A stretch of DNA of 64,000 nucleotides from Leucoraja erinacea (taxonomy: Eukaryota), in the NCBI RefSeq assembly GCF_028641065.1, contig NC_073395.1, positions 29,822,001-29,886,000 of the forward strand. The letters are read 5' to 3'. Shown piece by piece: positions 36,263 to 47,595 of the stretch. The notes beneath the pieces were generated by a model. It made no database searches, was not told where the DNA came from, and saw only the letters and a list, made by a program, of their open reading frames with translations. The translations under genes and the position numbers were made by a program. Numbering within the stretch: position 1 is the first letter of the stretch; each line of letters begins with the position of its first letter.

Positions 36263-37302
36263 TATCGGCTTGACGCATATTTGCCCCCCCCCCCGATCTC
36301 GAAATGGAAATGTTACATCTGTATATAATGATCCCATTAAAATGTGTATTTATGTCACAAACTATTGAATTCATATTTTTCAGTATTGTTATCAAGGATA
36401 AGAAAGCAGTTCCAATTGTTTGATAATATTTGATATTGTTTAATATTATTCAAATGGAGGAGAAAATAATTGCTCTAAAACCTACCTTAATTTTGCAATC
36501 TCACTCAAGATAATCCTCCTTTCCCTCTCCCCTCCCCCATCTCTCTCTCCTCTCCCTTCCCCTCTCTCTCACCCCTCTCCACTCTCACATCCCCCCTCTT
36601 TCTTGTGGGGGAGCGAAGATGAAGGTGGCATGGGCCCAGCGGGGCGGGGGGATGAATGGGGTGGGCCCAGCAGGGGTGGTGTGTGCCCAGTGGGGATGGC
36701 GTGTGCCCAGCGGGGGTCAGCGAGGGTGGCATGGACCTAGTGGGGGTCAGGTGGGTGGGCCCAGTGTGGTGCCAGCGGGGGTGGAGTGTGGACCCAGCGG
36801 GGGTGGCGTGGAACCAGCGGGGGGGGGTCAGCGGGGATGGAGTGGACCCAGCGGAGGTGGCGGGGGCCCAGCTGAGGTCATCGAGGGTGGCGTGGACCCA
36901 GCAGGGGTCAGCAGGGGTGGCGTGGGCCCAGCGGGGGTGGTGTGGGCCCAGTGGGGTGGCATGAGCCCAGTGGGGGTGGCATGAGTCCAGCTGGGGTGGC
37001 GTGGGCCCAGCAGTTGTCAGCGGGGGTGGTGTGGGGGGAAGATGGCTTGGGCCCTTGCGGCGGGGGGAGGCGAGGGGAGCGAGCTCCGCCACAGCGGCGT
37101 CTGGTGTTGGGGTTACAACCGTTGGGTTCAGATTCAGCCACTCCCGTCCGGAGACGGGAGAACAGAGAACTGGCCATTTCCAAAGTGGAAACGTTGATTT
37201 TTTTCTTCTGATTTTTTTTTTTTTTTCCTTTTGTGACTTTTTTTAGGGGGAAAAAAAGGGGGGTGCGGTCGCACCCAACGCACCCCCCTTCAGACGGCCA
37301 TG
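36263..37302 (-). mobile_element. Truncated putative hAT-like non-autonomous DNA element containing a minisatellite
   Basis: One terminus CATGGCCGTCTGAAGGGGGGTGCG...CGCACCCCCC (subterminal hairpin); no matching second TIR found. Confidence 0.4.
36622..37035 (+). repeat. G-rich minisatellite, about 20-bp unit GGGGTGGCGTGGGCCCAGCG
   Basis: About 20 degenerate copies read directly. Confidence 0.85.
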
Positions 37303-37894
37303 GCTGGTCTGCGTGGACCCAGTGGGCCAAAGGGCTTGTTTTCATGCTCTTTCTCTAAACTAAACTAAATTAAATAAGGAGAGCTTAATGCATTTCTTTT
37401 ATTGCTTTTGGTGCAATTCTGACAAACCTAGTAATTTAGCAGAGACAAAGGATTTTGCACTATGTGGACTTAGATTCATTTCTCACCTTATGAGGACATG
37501 GACATAGTGATTATAATTTGTCTCTAAAATTCAAGAATCCAATTTAAGGTTTACCATTCAAACATGGGATGAGAACTCAGTTCTCTAAGACAACGCAATC
37601 ACCCTCCAGCATTGCTCTTGGGTAACCCCAGGTAGTTTTAGAATTCAAATCGCATTGGAAAAATATATTGCACATTTACATTCTAAATTTAATTTTACTG
37701 CTTCAAGGATGAAATTAAACTTCCCGAATATTTGCCATTTGAATGCTGCCTCATTTCGTCCTCCAATGTCACAATTCGTAAACCTTTCAAAACTCCTCAC
37801 CACAATTCAGAAAGAGTGATTTATTACAAAGATATAGCATTTTTGAATGTTAAACAAGTCAATATTTTCTTAATTGAAAGCAATCCATTAATTA

Positions 37895-39060
37895 TTTACA
37901 AACCCACTGACTCCCACAACTATCTCGACTACACTTCTGCCCACCGTGCATCCTGCAAAGACTCTATCCCCTACTCCCAATTGCTCCGTCTCCGCCGCAT
38001 ATGCGCCCAAGATGAAGTGTACCATATTAGAAAACCTGAGATGTCTTCATTCCCCGCACACTTAGATGAGGCCCTCACTCGTGTCTCCTCGGTACTACAC
38101 AGCTCCGCCCTTGCTCCCCCTCCCCCTCGCCGCAGCAGTGACAGAGTCCCCCTAGTCGTTACCTTCCATCCGCCGTCGCATACCACATATAATCCTCAAA
38201 ATTCCTGCCATCTCCAACGTGATCCCAACACTGGCCACATTTTCTCATCTCCACCCCTTTCCGCCTTCCGCAGAGACCTCTCCCTCCGCAACTCCCTGGT
38301 TAACTCATCCCTTCTCACCCAAACCTCCCACTCCCCAGTTACCTTCCCCTGCAACCACAGAAGATGCAACACCTGCCACTATACCTCCTCCCTCGACTCT
38401 GTCCATTGATGCCGGCAGTCCTTTCAGGTTAGGCAGAGGTTCACTTGCACCTCCTCAAACCTCATCTACTGTATCCGTTCTTCAAGATGTGGACTCTTAT
38501 ACATCTGTGAGACCAACCACAGATAGGGCGATCGATTTGTGGAACACCTTTGCTCACCCGCGTGAACCAACTTGATCTCCTGGTTGCAGGAACATTTAAT
38601 TCTCCTTCCCATTCCTACACAGACAATTCCCTCCTCGGTCTCCTCCATTGTCAGAGTGAGGCAAAGCGCAATTTGGATGAACAGCATCTCATATTTCGCT
38701 TGAGCAGCTTACAGCCCAGAGGTATGAATATTAATTCCTCTCACTTCAGGTAGCCCCGGCATTCCCCCCCTCTCTCTCTCTATCCCTCCCTCATCCAAGT
38801 TGCACCAGCTTCTCATTTTCACCCTACAAACAGCTTTCAATGCCTGTTTCCTTTATCATTTTTTTGCATCTTTTTCATTCATTGTTATTTATCTCTCCAC
38901 ATCACCATCTATATCTCTCGTTTCCCTTATCCCTAACCAGTCTGAAGAAGGGTCTCGTCTCGAAACGTCACCCATTCGTTCTCTCCAGAGATGTTGCCTG
39001 TCCCGCTGGGTTACTCCTCTATTTTCTGTTTAAACCAACATCTGCAGTTCTTTCTTACGT
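37895..39060 (+). mobile_element. Penelope-like element, 5'-truncated (RT thumb, GIY-YIG endonuclease, pseudo-LTR)
   Basis: YKPTDSHNYLDYTSAH...SIPYSQLLRLRRIC, CNHRRCNTC, FTCTSSNLIYCI...CGLLYI.ET; frameshifted. Confidence 0.9.
38938..38973 (+). ncRNA. Minimal hammerhead ribozyme motif downstream of the PLE ORF
   Basis: CAGT-CTGAAGA-AGGGTCTCGTCTC-GAAA-CGTC-ACCC; stem II weakened by substitutions. Confidence 0.55.
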
Positions 39061-39575
39061 CATTCATTATTAATATAGTTTTGCTGATAAAAATTGGCTC
39101 TTCAAACAACATTGGGGAATCATATCAATATTTGTCACAATGAAATGCTGTTTATTCGTTCAACATCATAATTGAAAGCAAATTCTGTCTCTCCATTACT
39201 TTTAAATGAATTTCTGTCCCCAGCTAGTGCCTTCAAACTGCAAATTCTTTGTAGAATGAATCATTTTCAGACTTCAAAGTTGTGAAGAGATTAGCAGTGA
39301 TGATGACATTGACAAATCAGATATATTAAGACTCTGCTGGAGGGGATCTGTTGAGTGAGGAGCATAGGGCCTGTGTTGAAGGCTGCTGCCTCTTTTCATG
39401 GGTTTGAAAAAGGACACATCACAAAGAAAAACAACCACTTCTAATTTGATAAGTATTGAAGAAACCTACGGTTCTTGGGGCATATACAGAGCAAAGATTA
39501 AACAAACGGACTGTACACATGCAGGTAGATCATTTTATCTTCAGCAGCAATTGTCAAAGTGGCTTGGTATTGATA

Positions 39576-40885
39576 TTGGTTTATTTTTGTCACGTATTCT
39601 GAGAGAAACTGTTTTGTATGCTGTCCAGGCAAATCCTACCGCACTTGGGTACATCAGGTAGTGCAAAAGAGAAAAATAAGCAGCAGGCAGAGTATAGTGG
39701 TACAGCTGCAGAGAAAGTGCAAGGGTCGCTACATGGTAGATTGGTTGATCAGAAATTCATCGTTGGTTCACAAGAACTCCATTCAAGGGTCTGATAACAG
39801 CGGGGAAGAAGCAGTTCTTGAATCTGCTGGTGTGTGCTTTCAAGCTTTTATTATCTACTGCCTGAGGAGAGATGGGAGAAGAGATAAAGAGGAATGACCT
39901 AGTTTGGGTCATTCTTGATATTGATAGCTACTTTTAAAATGCAACGTGAGCAACAGATCAAATCGATGGAAGAGGCAGTGGGGGGGTGGGGAAACAGGCT
40001 GTCTTGTGTTGCCGGCAGGGTTGCGTTTTCAGCTCTCTGCGATTTCTTGCTATCTCGGGCCGTACTAAGCTGTGATTCGTCCAGATAGGTGCATCTGTCG
40101 AGATTGGCAGTCATTGGGGACATGCTGTATTTTCCTGGTCTTCTGAGGAAGTACAATTGTCGGTGCGCATTCTTGGCAGTAACATCAATGTGACTGGAAT
40201 TGTTGCTGATATTGTTGCTCCACCCCGCCTGGTGACTTCAGTGACCTGCTGCTTATTTTGCTGACATTGAGGGAGAGGTTGTTGTCTTGACACCGTGCAA
40301 CCGAGCTCTCTATCACCTTCCTGTGCCCCATCTCATTATTGACTGAGGTCTAGCCCACTACAGTGGCATCACTTGCAACCTTGTAAATGGTGTTTGTTAG
40401 GGATTCAAGATTCAAGAATTTATTTTCATGTGTCCCAAATAGGACAATGAAATTCTTGCTTTGCTTCAACACAACAGAATACTGTAGGCATAAATAAATA
40501 CAGAACAGAACTGATCAGTGTGACCATATACCAATGAATACATATATACACACACACATAAATAAACAGATAAATTGCAATGGGCTATTAATGATCAGAG
40601 TTTTGTTTGAATTGAGTTTAATGGCCTGATGGCTGTGGGGAAGTAGCTATTCCTGAACCTGGATGTTGCAGATTTCAGGTTCCCGTACCTTCTACCTGAA
40701 GGCAGCGGGGAGATGAGTGAGTGGACAGGATGGTGTGGGTCCTTGATGATGCTGGCAGCCTTCTTGAGGCAGCGACTGCAATAGATCTCCCTCGATGATA
40801 GGGAGGTCAGAGCCGATGATGGACTGGACAGTGCTTACAACTTTCTGCAGTCTTTTCCGCTCCTGGGCGCTTATTTGCCGAACCA
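39576..40885 (-). mobile_element. Two Rex1/Babar LINE 3' fragments
   Basis: SAQERKRLQKVVSTVQSIIG motif; (TCTTGAA)n tail near 40403; older copy at 39576-40400. Confidence 0.72.
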
Positions 40886-41106
40886 AGCCGGCAGGGGGGT
40901 TTAAAATTATATTGAATGAGCAACCATTAATGCAAATCAATGACCTGAATATTGATTCTAATGTAATGTAATCAAGTAACCAAGGCCTTCCGCAATGTAA
41001 AGAGAATGTGTGGGTGCGGTGGCCAGAACATGCCACAAAGCAATTGAGAAACCTCTGTCTGGAGGTTAAACAGATCCCTCTAGGTTAGCTAACTGTCAGA
41101 AATAAT

Positions 41107-41310
41107 GTGTATGGAGGAACTGCAGATGCCGGTTTACACTAAAGATAGACACAAAATGCTGGAGCAACTCAGCGCATCAGGCGGCATCTCTGGAGAAAAG
41201 GAATAGATGACGTTTCGGGACTAAAGAAGGGTCTTTCCCCGAAACATTACCGTTTCCTTTTCTTTGGAGATGCTGCCTGACCCTGTGAGTTGCTCCAGCA
41301 TTTGTGTCTC
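41107..41310. mobile_element. Palindromic dimer of the PLE/hammerhead unit
   Basis: Inverted arms 41147-41219 and 41221-41309. Confidence 0.78.
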
Positions 41311-41317
41311 TCCATAT

Positions 41318-41513
41318 TGTAATGAGTCAAGTCAAACGCATATCAATATACAACACATGTTTATTAAATCTACTTACAGCATCGATCTGCAGGGCATTAC
41401 AGTTCCTAGCAGCTACTCATACTGAATGGCATAGGCAAGCTCTTGTTAATATAAAATGCATATTAGGCGGAGCAACTACTAACAATTGGCTAGTAGGAAA
41501 TAACCAACCTACA
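41318..41513 (-). mobile_element. Solo LTR related to the 8742 Gypsy family
   Basis: TG...CA ends, 5-bp TSD CATAT (41313-41317, 41514-41518), homology to the LTRs at 8742 and 11563. Confidence 0.82.
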
Positions 41514-41554
41514 CATATATAAACTCTTGTACTTTGAGTTTGGAGATTCCAACA

Positions 41555-41990
41555 CCGTATCTAATGGGTGGCCTGCTAACCCGTCACGTGTGAAAATGTC
41601 TGTTTCGTTTGATGAATGAAGACTTTGACATCAATCAGCACACAACGGGGCGGGGAGGTGGTGAGATAGGCAAGCTATGCGGCGAACGCCATGGGGAGGC
41701 CGCGGTGGAAATGGTCGCTGATAGTGGAGCAGCAGGACCAGCAGTGGAGGGGGGGACACACAAAATGCAAGACATCTGGATATGGAGTCGCAGGACGCGG
41801 TTCCTTCATTGGAAGGATATGTTGACAGTTGCGTCTGTAAATGGCTCCGTCCGCTTCAACCAGGTAGGAGCGCGGTTCTTTGGCAGGGCCGCAGATGTGA
41901 CCCAGACGGCCGTAGCCCTTGTTGATCTGGAGGTGGACCACTGGTGAAAGGTTTAAGTGGTTTACTGGATTTGTCAAAAAAAAGTTCCTG
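41555..41990 (-). pseudogene. Gypsy integrase C-terminal remnant
   Basis: KEPRSYLVEADGAIYRRNCQHILPMKEPRPATP, homologous to ORF 9867..10340. Confidence 0.8.
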
Positions 41991-43289
41991 GACATTTGAA
42001 TTGGGGTTTCTGGACAGCTTGGAAGAACTTGTGGATAAAAGCTGCTGGGACATCCTTTAAATCACTCGTTGGGCTGGAGAAGAACTTGGGATCCCTGGCA
42101 ATGTTCCTTAAATGCAGCACTAGAGTGGTCCGATTTGCAAGGTATCTCTGGAACTCTCGTGCCACAGAGGGTTGTTGGTAAAATGAGAAGAACCAGTTCA
42201 TTTTTGCTGGCTGGTGATATTTACCGTTGTCAGACAGTGAGTTAGGAGAAGTGACGCTGGCCCTGACCACTTCAGTGGCCATGTCAAACCAACCCAAATA
42301 AGGGAACCAGATAGTGTTTCCAGGGGGGCTATGGACCACGGGAGAAGGCAGGGTGCGGCACGCTTCTGGATAGGCTTTTGCAGACTTCTCCGACACCATG
42401 TAATGATTGAGCCATGATACAACATTGTTTAATGGCGCATTGATGCAGGACTCGAGCAGGGCCAAGAATGGCCTACTAACAATTGGCCTGCACCTAATAT
42501 AAACTCTTGTACTTTGAGTTTGTTTGGAGTCTTCTATGTCTGTTTCGTATCCTCACAGTAGCTCATACTCAGTAGTTTAGGCATCTCCACACTGTTTGTG
42601 CAGAATTTGGCCACACACTCATAAAATTCCATATATAATACGGGGCTGAGAACGCAACCTTGCAGGGCACTATTGCTAAAAATTATCATGAAATCACATC
42701 CTTTCACGCAGTGTGTCCTTGATCACAGTTCACTCCTTAAAAACATCTTGTGTCTATCCTGGGTCTGCACTAAAAATCTGACTCCATCTCCCGAAATCTT
42801 CACTGTTAAGTGCACACCCTAAAATGTGGGACCTTTTCAAAAGCTTTCCTAATGTCCACATAAACCATGTTTATCTCTCTGCCTTCACCAATTTTCTTAC
42901 TGACCTCCTTAAAAAAAACTAAATGAGATTTGTGACCATGATCTCCCCTCCACAAAACTATGGCCCCTAATCAATCCCTACCTGTGTAAGTGAAAATAAA
43001 TCCCGTCTCTCAGGATCTTCACCAACTTCCCCACCACTGACTGACACAAGGCTCACTGGCCTGTACTTTTTAAGTTTATCCAAACTTCCTTTTTGAATGG
43101 GGAGACAACATGAGCTCGCCCCCATTCTTCTGGCACGTCACCTATAGCTAACAACGATGTTCAAATCTTCTCCCTTGCTTCTCTTGGTATTGGCATTGGT
43201 TTATTATTGTCACATGTGGCAAGATCCAGTGAAAGTCTTTGTTTCTATGCTATCCAGTCAAACGATACTATACCTGGGTTCCTGACTAC

Positions 43290-43625
43290 ATAGTCTTTTT
43301 CCCCAGGATTGGGGAATCAAGGACATAGGTTTAAGGTGAGAGGGAAAAGATTTATTAGGAAGCTGAGGGGCAACTCTTTCATTCAGAGAGTGACGGCTAT
43401 GTGGAATGAACTGCCAGAAATAGTGGTTGAGGAAGTTCAAGTTCGCATTTATTGTCATTTAATCAATGAAGGTACAATACCAACATTTAAAATATATTTT
43501 GATGAGTACATAGATAAGAAAGGTTATGAGGTATATGAGCCAAACATGGGCAAATGGGACTACTTTAGAGGAACATTTAAGCCGGCTTGGATGTGTAGGA
43601 CCAAAGGGCCTGTTTCTGTGCTGTA
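43290..43625 (+). mobile_element. CR1 3' fragment
   Basis: GHRFKVRGKRF...QRVTAMWNELPE. Confidence 0.78.
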
Positions 43626-44319
43626 TAAAGCTTTTCTAAGCTGTAAAGCTCTAAGCTTCACTATATGACACTTCCCCATGCATAATTTTGCCAGATTTTA
43701 ACTGTCTCAGCATTGATACTTTCATCCTTCTTGCTAACTAAAAAAATAACCTGTTAGTCCTTACTCTTATTTTTCTTTAATGTCTGTTAAATAACTTTTT
43801 ATCCAATATTGTTCATCTTTAGTCTTTAATCTATACCAAATTATTACTCTTAAATCTGTGAGTCTATCCCTTGTGTATCTATTCTACTAATATACTCTTC
43901 ACTATATTTACAAGATATCTTTTGCTAATACTTATTCAAACTTCATAAATAATTTGTCATTATGATTCTCTTTTCGTGATATCTTGCTAACTCACTTTGT
44001 GTATTTCTAAGGACATTATTCTCACTTATTTAATAAAGGATTTTCAATATTTTTTCTAACATCTGATATTAGGCTAACTTACCTGGATTTAACGGCTTCT
44101 TGTTTCCATTTCTTCTTGAGTGGAGTTGATAAATTTTTAATTAAAGTGTAGATGCTTGCACAATCTTTTGCACATCTTGCCAGTTTATGGTTGTAGTCTA
44201 TTTTCTCCCAATTTCAAAACCACACGTTCAGCCTCCCATGTAAATGCAACTTTATATGCTTCCTTCTCATCAAATCCCAGCCTAAACTTACATAAACATT
44301 TAAAAAATACATGAAAGCC

Positions 44320-45100
44320 TTTGTGCTAGAGTAATTCAACAGGTCAGGCTGCCTTCCTGGAGAACATGGATAGGTGCATTTTGGGTCTGGAATAATTGGG
44401 GGGGGGGGGGGGGGGACGACGACATCTAGAAGAGAAGTGGGAGGTTGGCATGTTGGGCTAAACACAAATTGGAGGAACAGCATCTCATATTTTGCTTGGG
44501 CAGCTTACAACCCAGTGGTATGAATATTGATTTCTCTAACTTCAGGTAGCCGTGGTATTCCCTCTCACTCTATCCCTTCCCCACCCAAATCACACTAGCT
44601 TCTCATTTTCACTCTGCAAACAGCTAACAATGACATTTCCTTTATCATCATTACTTTTTTTGCATATCTTTTATTCATTGTTCTTTACCTCTCCACAGCA
44701 CTATCTATATCTCTAATTTCCCTTATCCCTAACCAGTCTAAAGAAGGGGCTCGACCCGAAACGTCACCCATTCCTTCTCTCCAGAGATGCTGCCTGTCCC
44801 ACTGAGTTACTCCAGCATTTTTTGTCTTCCTTCAATATCCATCATGTTGGGTTGTAAGCTACCCAAGTGGAAAACATGGTGCTGTCCTTCCAGTTTATGA
44901 GTGGCATTACTCTGGCAATGGAGGTGGCCCAGGACAGAAAGGTCAATATGGGAATAGGAAGGGGAGTTAAAATGATAGCAACAGGCCTTGGTAGACTGAG
45001 TGCAAGTGTTCGGCAAAACGGTCACCTGGTTTACACCTGGATCTGCCGATAGAATGGAGGCCACATGGGGAACTGGGGTGCAGTAGAGGAGGTGCCCTTG
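44320..45100. mobile_element. Penelope-like fragments in alternating orientation
   Basis: Plus copy 44460-44833 with pseudo-LTR; minus GIY-YIG remnant 44834-45100. Confidence 0.75.
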
Positions 45101-45103
45101 AAC

Positions 45104-45390
45104 CACGGCACAGTGGCTCTGCAGAGGAGTTGCAGCCTTTCAGCAGCAGAGACCTGGGTTCAATCCTGACCATGGGTGCTGGGCTTTCTCGGGTGGTCTG
45201 ATTTTCTCTCAAACTCCAAGATATACAGATTTTTAGGTGAATTTGCTTCCCTAAAATAAATTGTAAATTGTCCCTCATGTGTTGGACAGTGTGCGTGTGT
45301 GGGGTGATCATTTATTCGATATGGACTCGTTGGGACGAAGGGCCTGTTTCTGTGCTAAATCTTGAAACTATACTAAACTAAACCAAACTG
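45104..45390 (+). mobile_element. HE1/V-SINE
   Basis: tRNA-like head, CR1-type tail, (AAACT)n. Confidence 0.75.
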
Positions 45391-45494
45391 ACAAAGGAGG
45401 AGTCGGGATAGATTTACCATCTCCAGCGATTGCAGGGGAAAGTTCCTGGGGAGGAGTTAGTTTAGGTGGGAAGGGATGAGTAGATGAGGTGAAA

Positions 45495-46615
45495 TCATTG
45501 GACAAAGTCAGCATGGATTTATGAAAGGTAAATCATGTCTGGCGAATCTTATAGAATTTTTCGAGGATGTAACTAGTAGAGTGAATAAGGGAGAACCAGT
45601 GGATGTGTTATATCTGGACTTTCAGAAGGCTTTTGACAAGGTCCCACTTAAGAGTGGGACCTTGTCAAAAGCACACCTTTGCAAACTTAAAGCACACGGT
45701 ATTGGGGGTTCAGTATTGATGTGGATAGAGAACTGGCTGGCAGGCAGGAAGCAAAGAGTAGTAGTAAACGGGTCCTTTTCAGAATGGCAGGCAGTGACTA
45801 GTGGTCACGGTGACTAGTGGACAGTGACAAATGCATGGCAGATGCAGTATAATGTGGATAAATTTGAGGTTATCCACTTTGGTGGCAAGGACAGGAAAGT
45901 AGACTATTATCTGAATGGTGGCCGATTAGGAAAAGGGGAGATGCAACGAGACCTGGGTGTCATGGCACACCAGTCATTGAAAGTAGGCATGCAGGTGCAG
46001 CAGGCAGTGAAGAAAGCGAATGGTATGTTAGCATTCATAGCAAAAGGATTCGAGTATAGGAGCAGGAAGGTTCTACTGCAGTTGTACAGGGCCTTGGTGA
46101 GACCACACCCGGAATATTGTGTACAGTTTTGGTCTCCTAATCTGAGGAAAGACATTCTTGCCATGGAGGGAGTACAGAGAAGGTTCACCAGACTGATTCC
46201 TGGGATGTCAGGACTTTCATATGAAGAAAGACTGGATAGACTCGACTGGTACTCGCTGGAATTTAGAAGATTGAGGGGGGATCTTATAGAAACTTACAAA
46301 ATTCTTAAAGGGTTGGACAGGCTAGATGCAGGAAGATTGTTCCCAATGTTTGGGAAGTCCAGAACAAGGGATCACAGTTTAAGGATAAGGGGGAAGTCTT
46401 TTAGGACCGAGATGAGAAAAACATTTTTCACACAGAGAGTGGTGAATCTGTAGAATTCTCTGCCACATAGGGCAGTTGAGGCCAGTTCATTGGCTATATT
46501 TAAGAGTGAGTTAGATGTGGCCGTTGTGGCTAAAGGGATCGGGGGGTATGGAGAGGAGACAGGTACAGGGTACTGAGTTGGCCTACTTCTGCACCTATTT
46601 TCTATGTTTCTATGT
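45495..46615 (+). mobile_element. CR1 LINE ORF2 3' part with internal deletion
   Basis: [47 protein letters not shown]; PQGSVLGP and ADD motifs deleted. Confidence 0.92.
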
Positions 46616-47114
46616 AGATCAAGGTGGTGTAGAGGGAACGATCTCAGTGGAAAGGGGTGGGGATGGAAAGATGTGACTGGTGGTGGGATCGTATTGGAGG
46701 TGATAGAAATGTCGTAGAAATGTCAAAAAGTATTAAAAAATGCAGAAAACACTAAGCAAACCCAGCATCCCCCGTGGAGAGCTAAGGATTTAATCAAAAT
46801 TAGCTTCATATTCTGCAGGGTTTTTATGCTTTCATCAACATCTATATTTAGACATGACCTGGAATGATCTTCATCCTATGGTGGCTAAATTTCTTAAAGG
46901 AGTACGCATTTGGAGAAAGTTAAGAATACCTTTTTCAAATGTCTGCCAGTGTTGTGTCTGGAAATTAATTGTAGCTGACTCATCCTGCCTAATTAAATGT
47001 CTTTATTTAGGTTTACGATTTTAGCATTGATGCAAAATGAGAAATTCTTTCATATTGTGTTGACTCCAAGTGTGGCTTTACCTAGATTTGGTAGGTGTAT
47101 AAATCAGTACTCAA

Positions 47115-47595
47115 TCCACCTAAGCCTACCTGATCTCCTTGTTGCTTTACTTTAACTCCCCTATCCATTCCCACACTGACCTTTCTGTCCTGGGACTCCT
47201 CCATTGTCAGAGTGAGGCCGAATGCAAATTGAGGAACAGTACCTCATATTTTGCTTGGGCAGCTTACAACGAATATTCATTTCTCTAACTTCAAGGAACC
47301 CTTGCATCCTCACTCTCTCCGTTCCTCCCCCACACTGTCATTGTCGACCTGGTGAGTTTCGTGTTTGTCACTCGTTTTCATCTGGGCTACAGCTAACAAT
47401 GGCCTGTTTCCTTTATCATCGTTCATTTTTTGCATATCATTCATTCATTTGTTCTCTATATCAACGTCGATATCTCTCGTTTGCCTTAACCCTAACCCTC
47501 AGTCTGAAGTCTTGACCCGAAATGTCACATACCTTTTCACCAGCGATGCTGTCTGACCCGCTGAGTTTCTCCAGCTTTTTGTGTCTATCTTCGAA
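47115..47595 (+). mobile_element. Penelope-like 3' fragment
   Basis: EEQYLIFCLGSLQ remnant and pseudo-LTR. Confidence 0.75.

Noticed and set aside
36505-37345. Long Pro/Gly-rich ORFs on both strands
   Set aside because: Open only because of the GC-rich minisatellite
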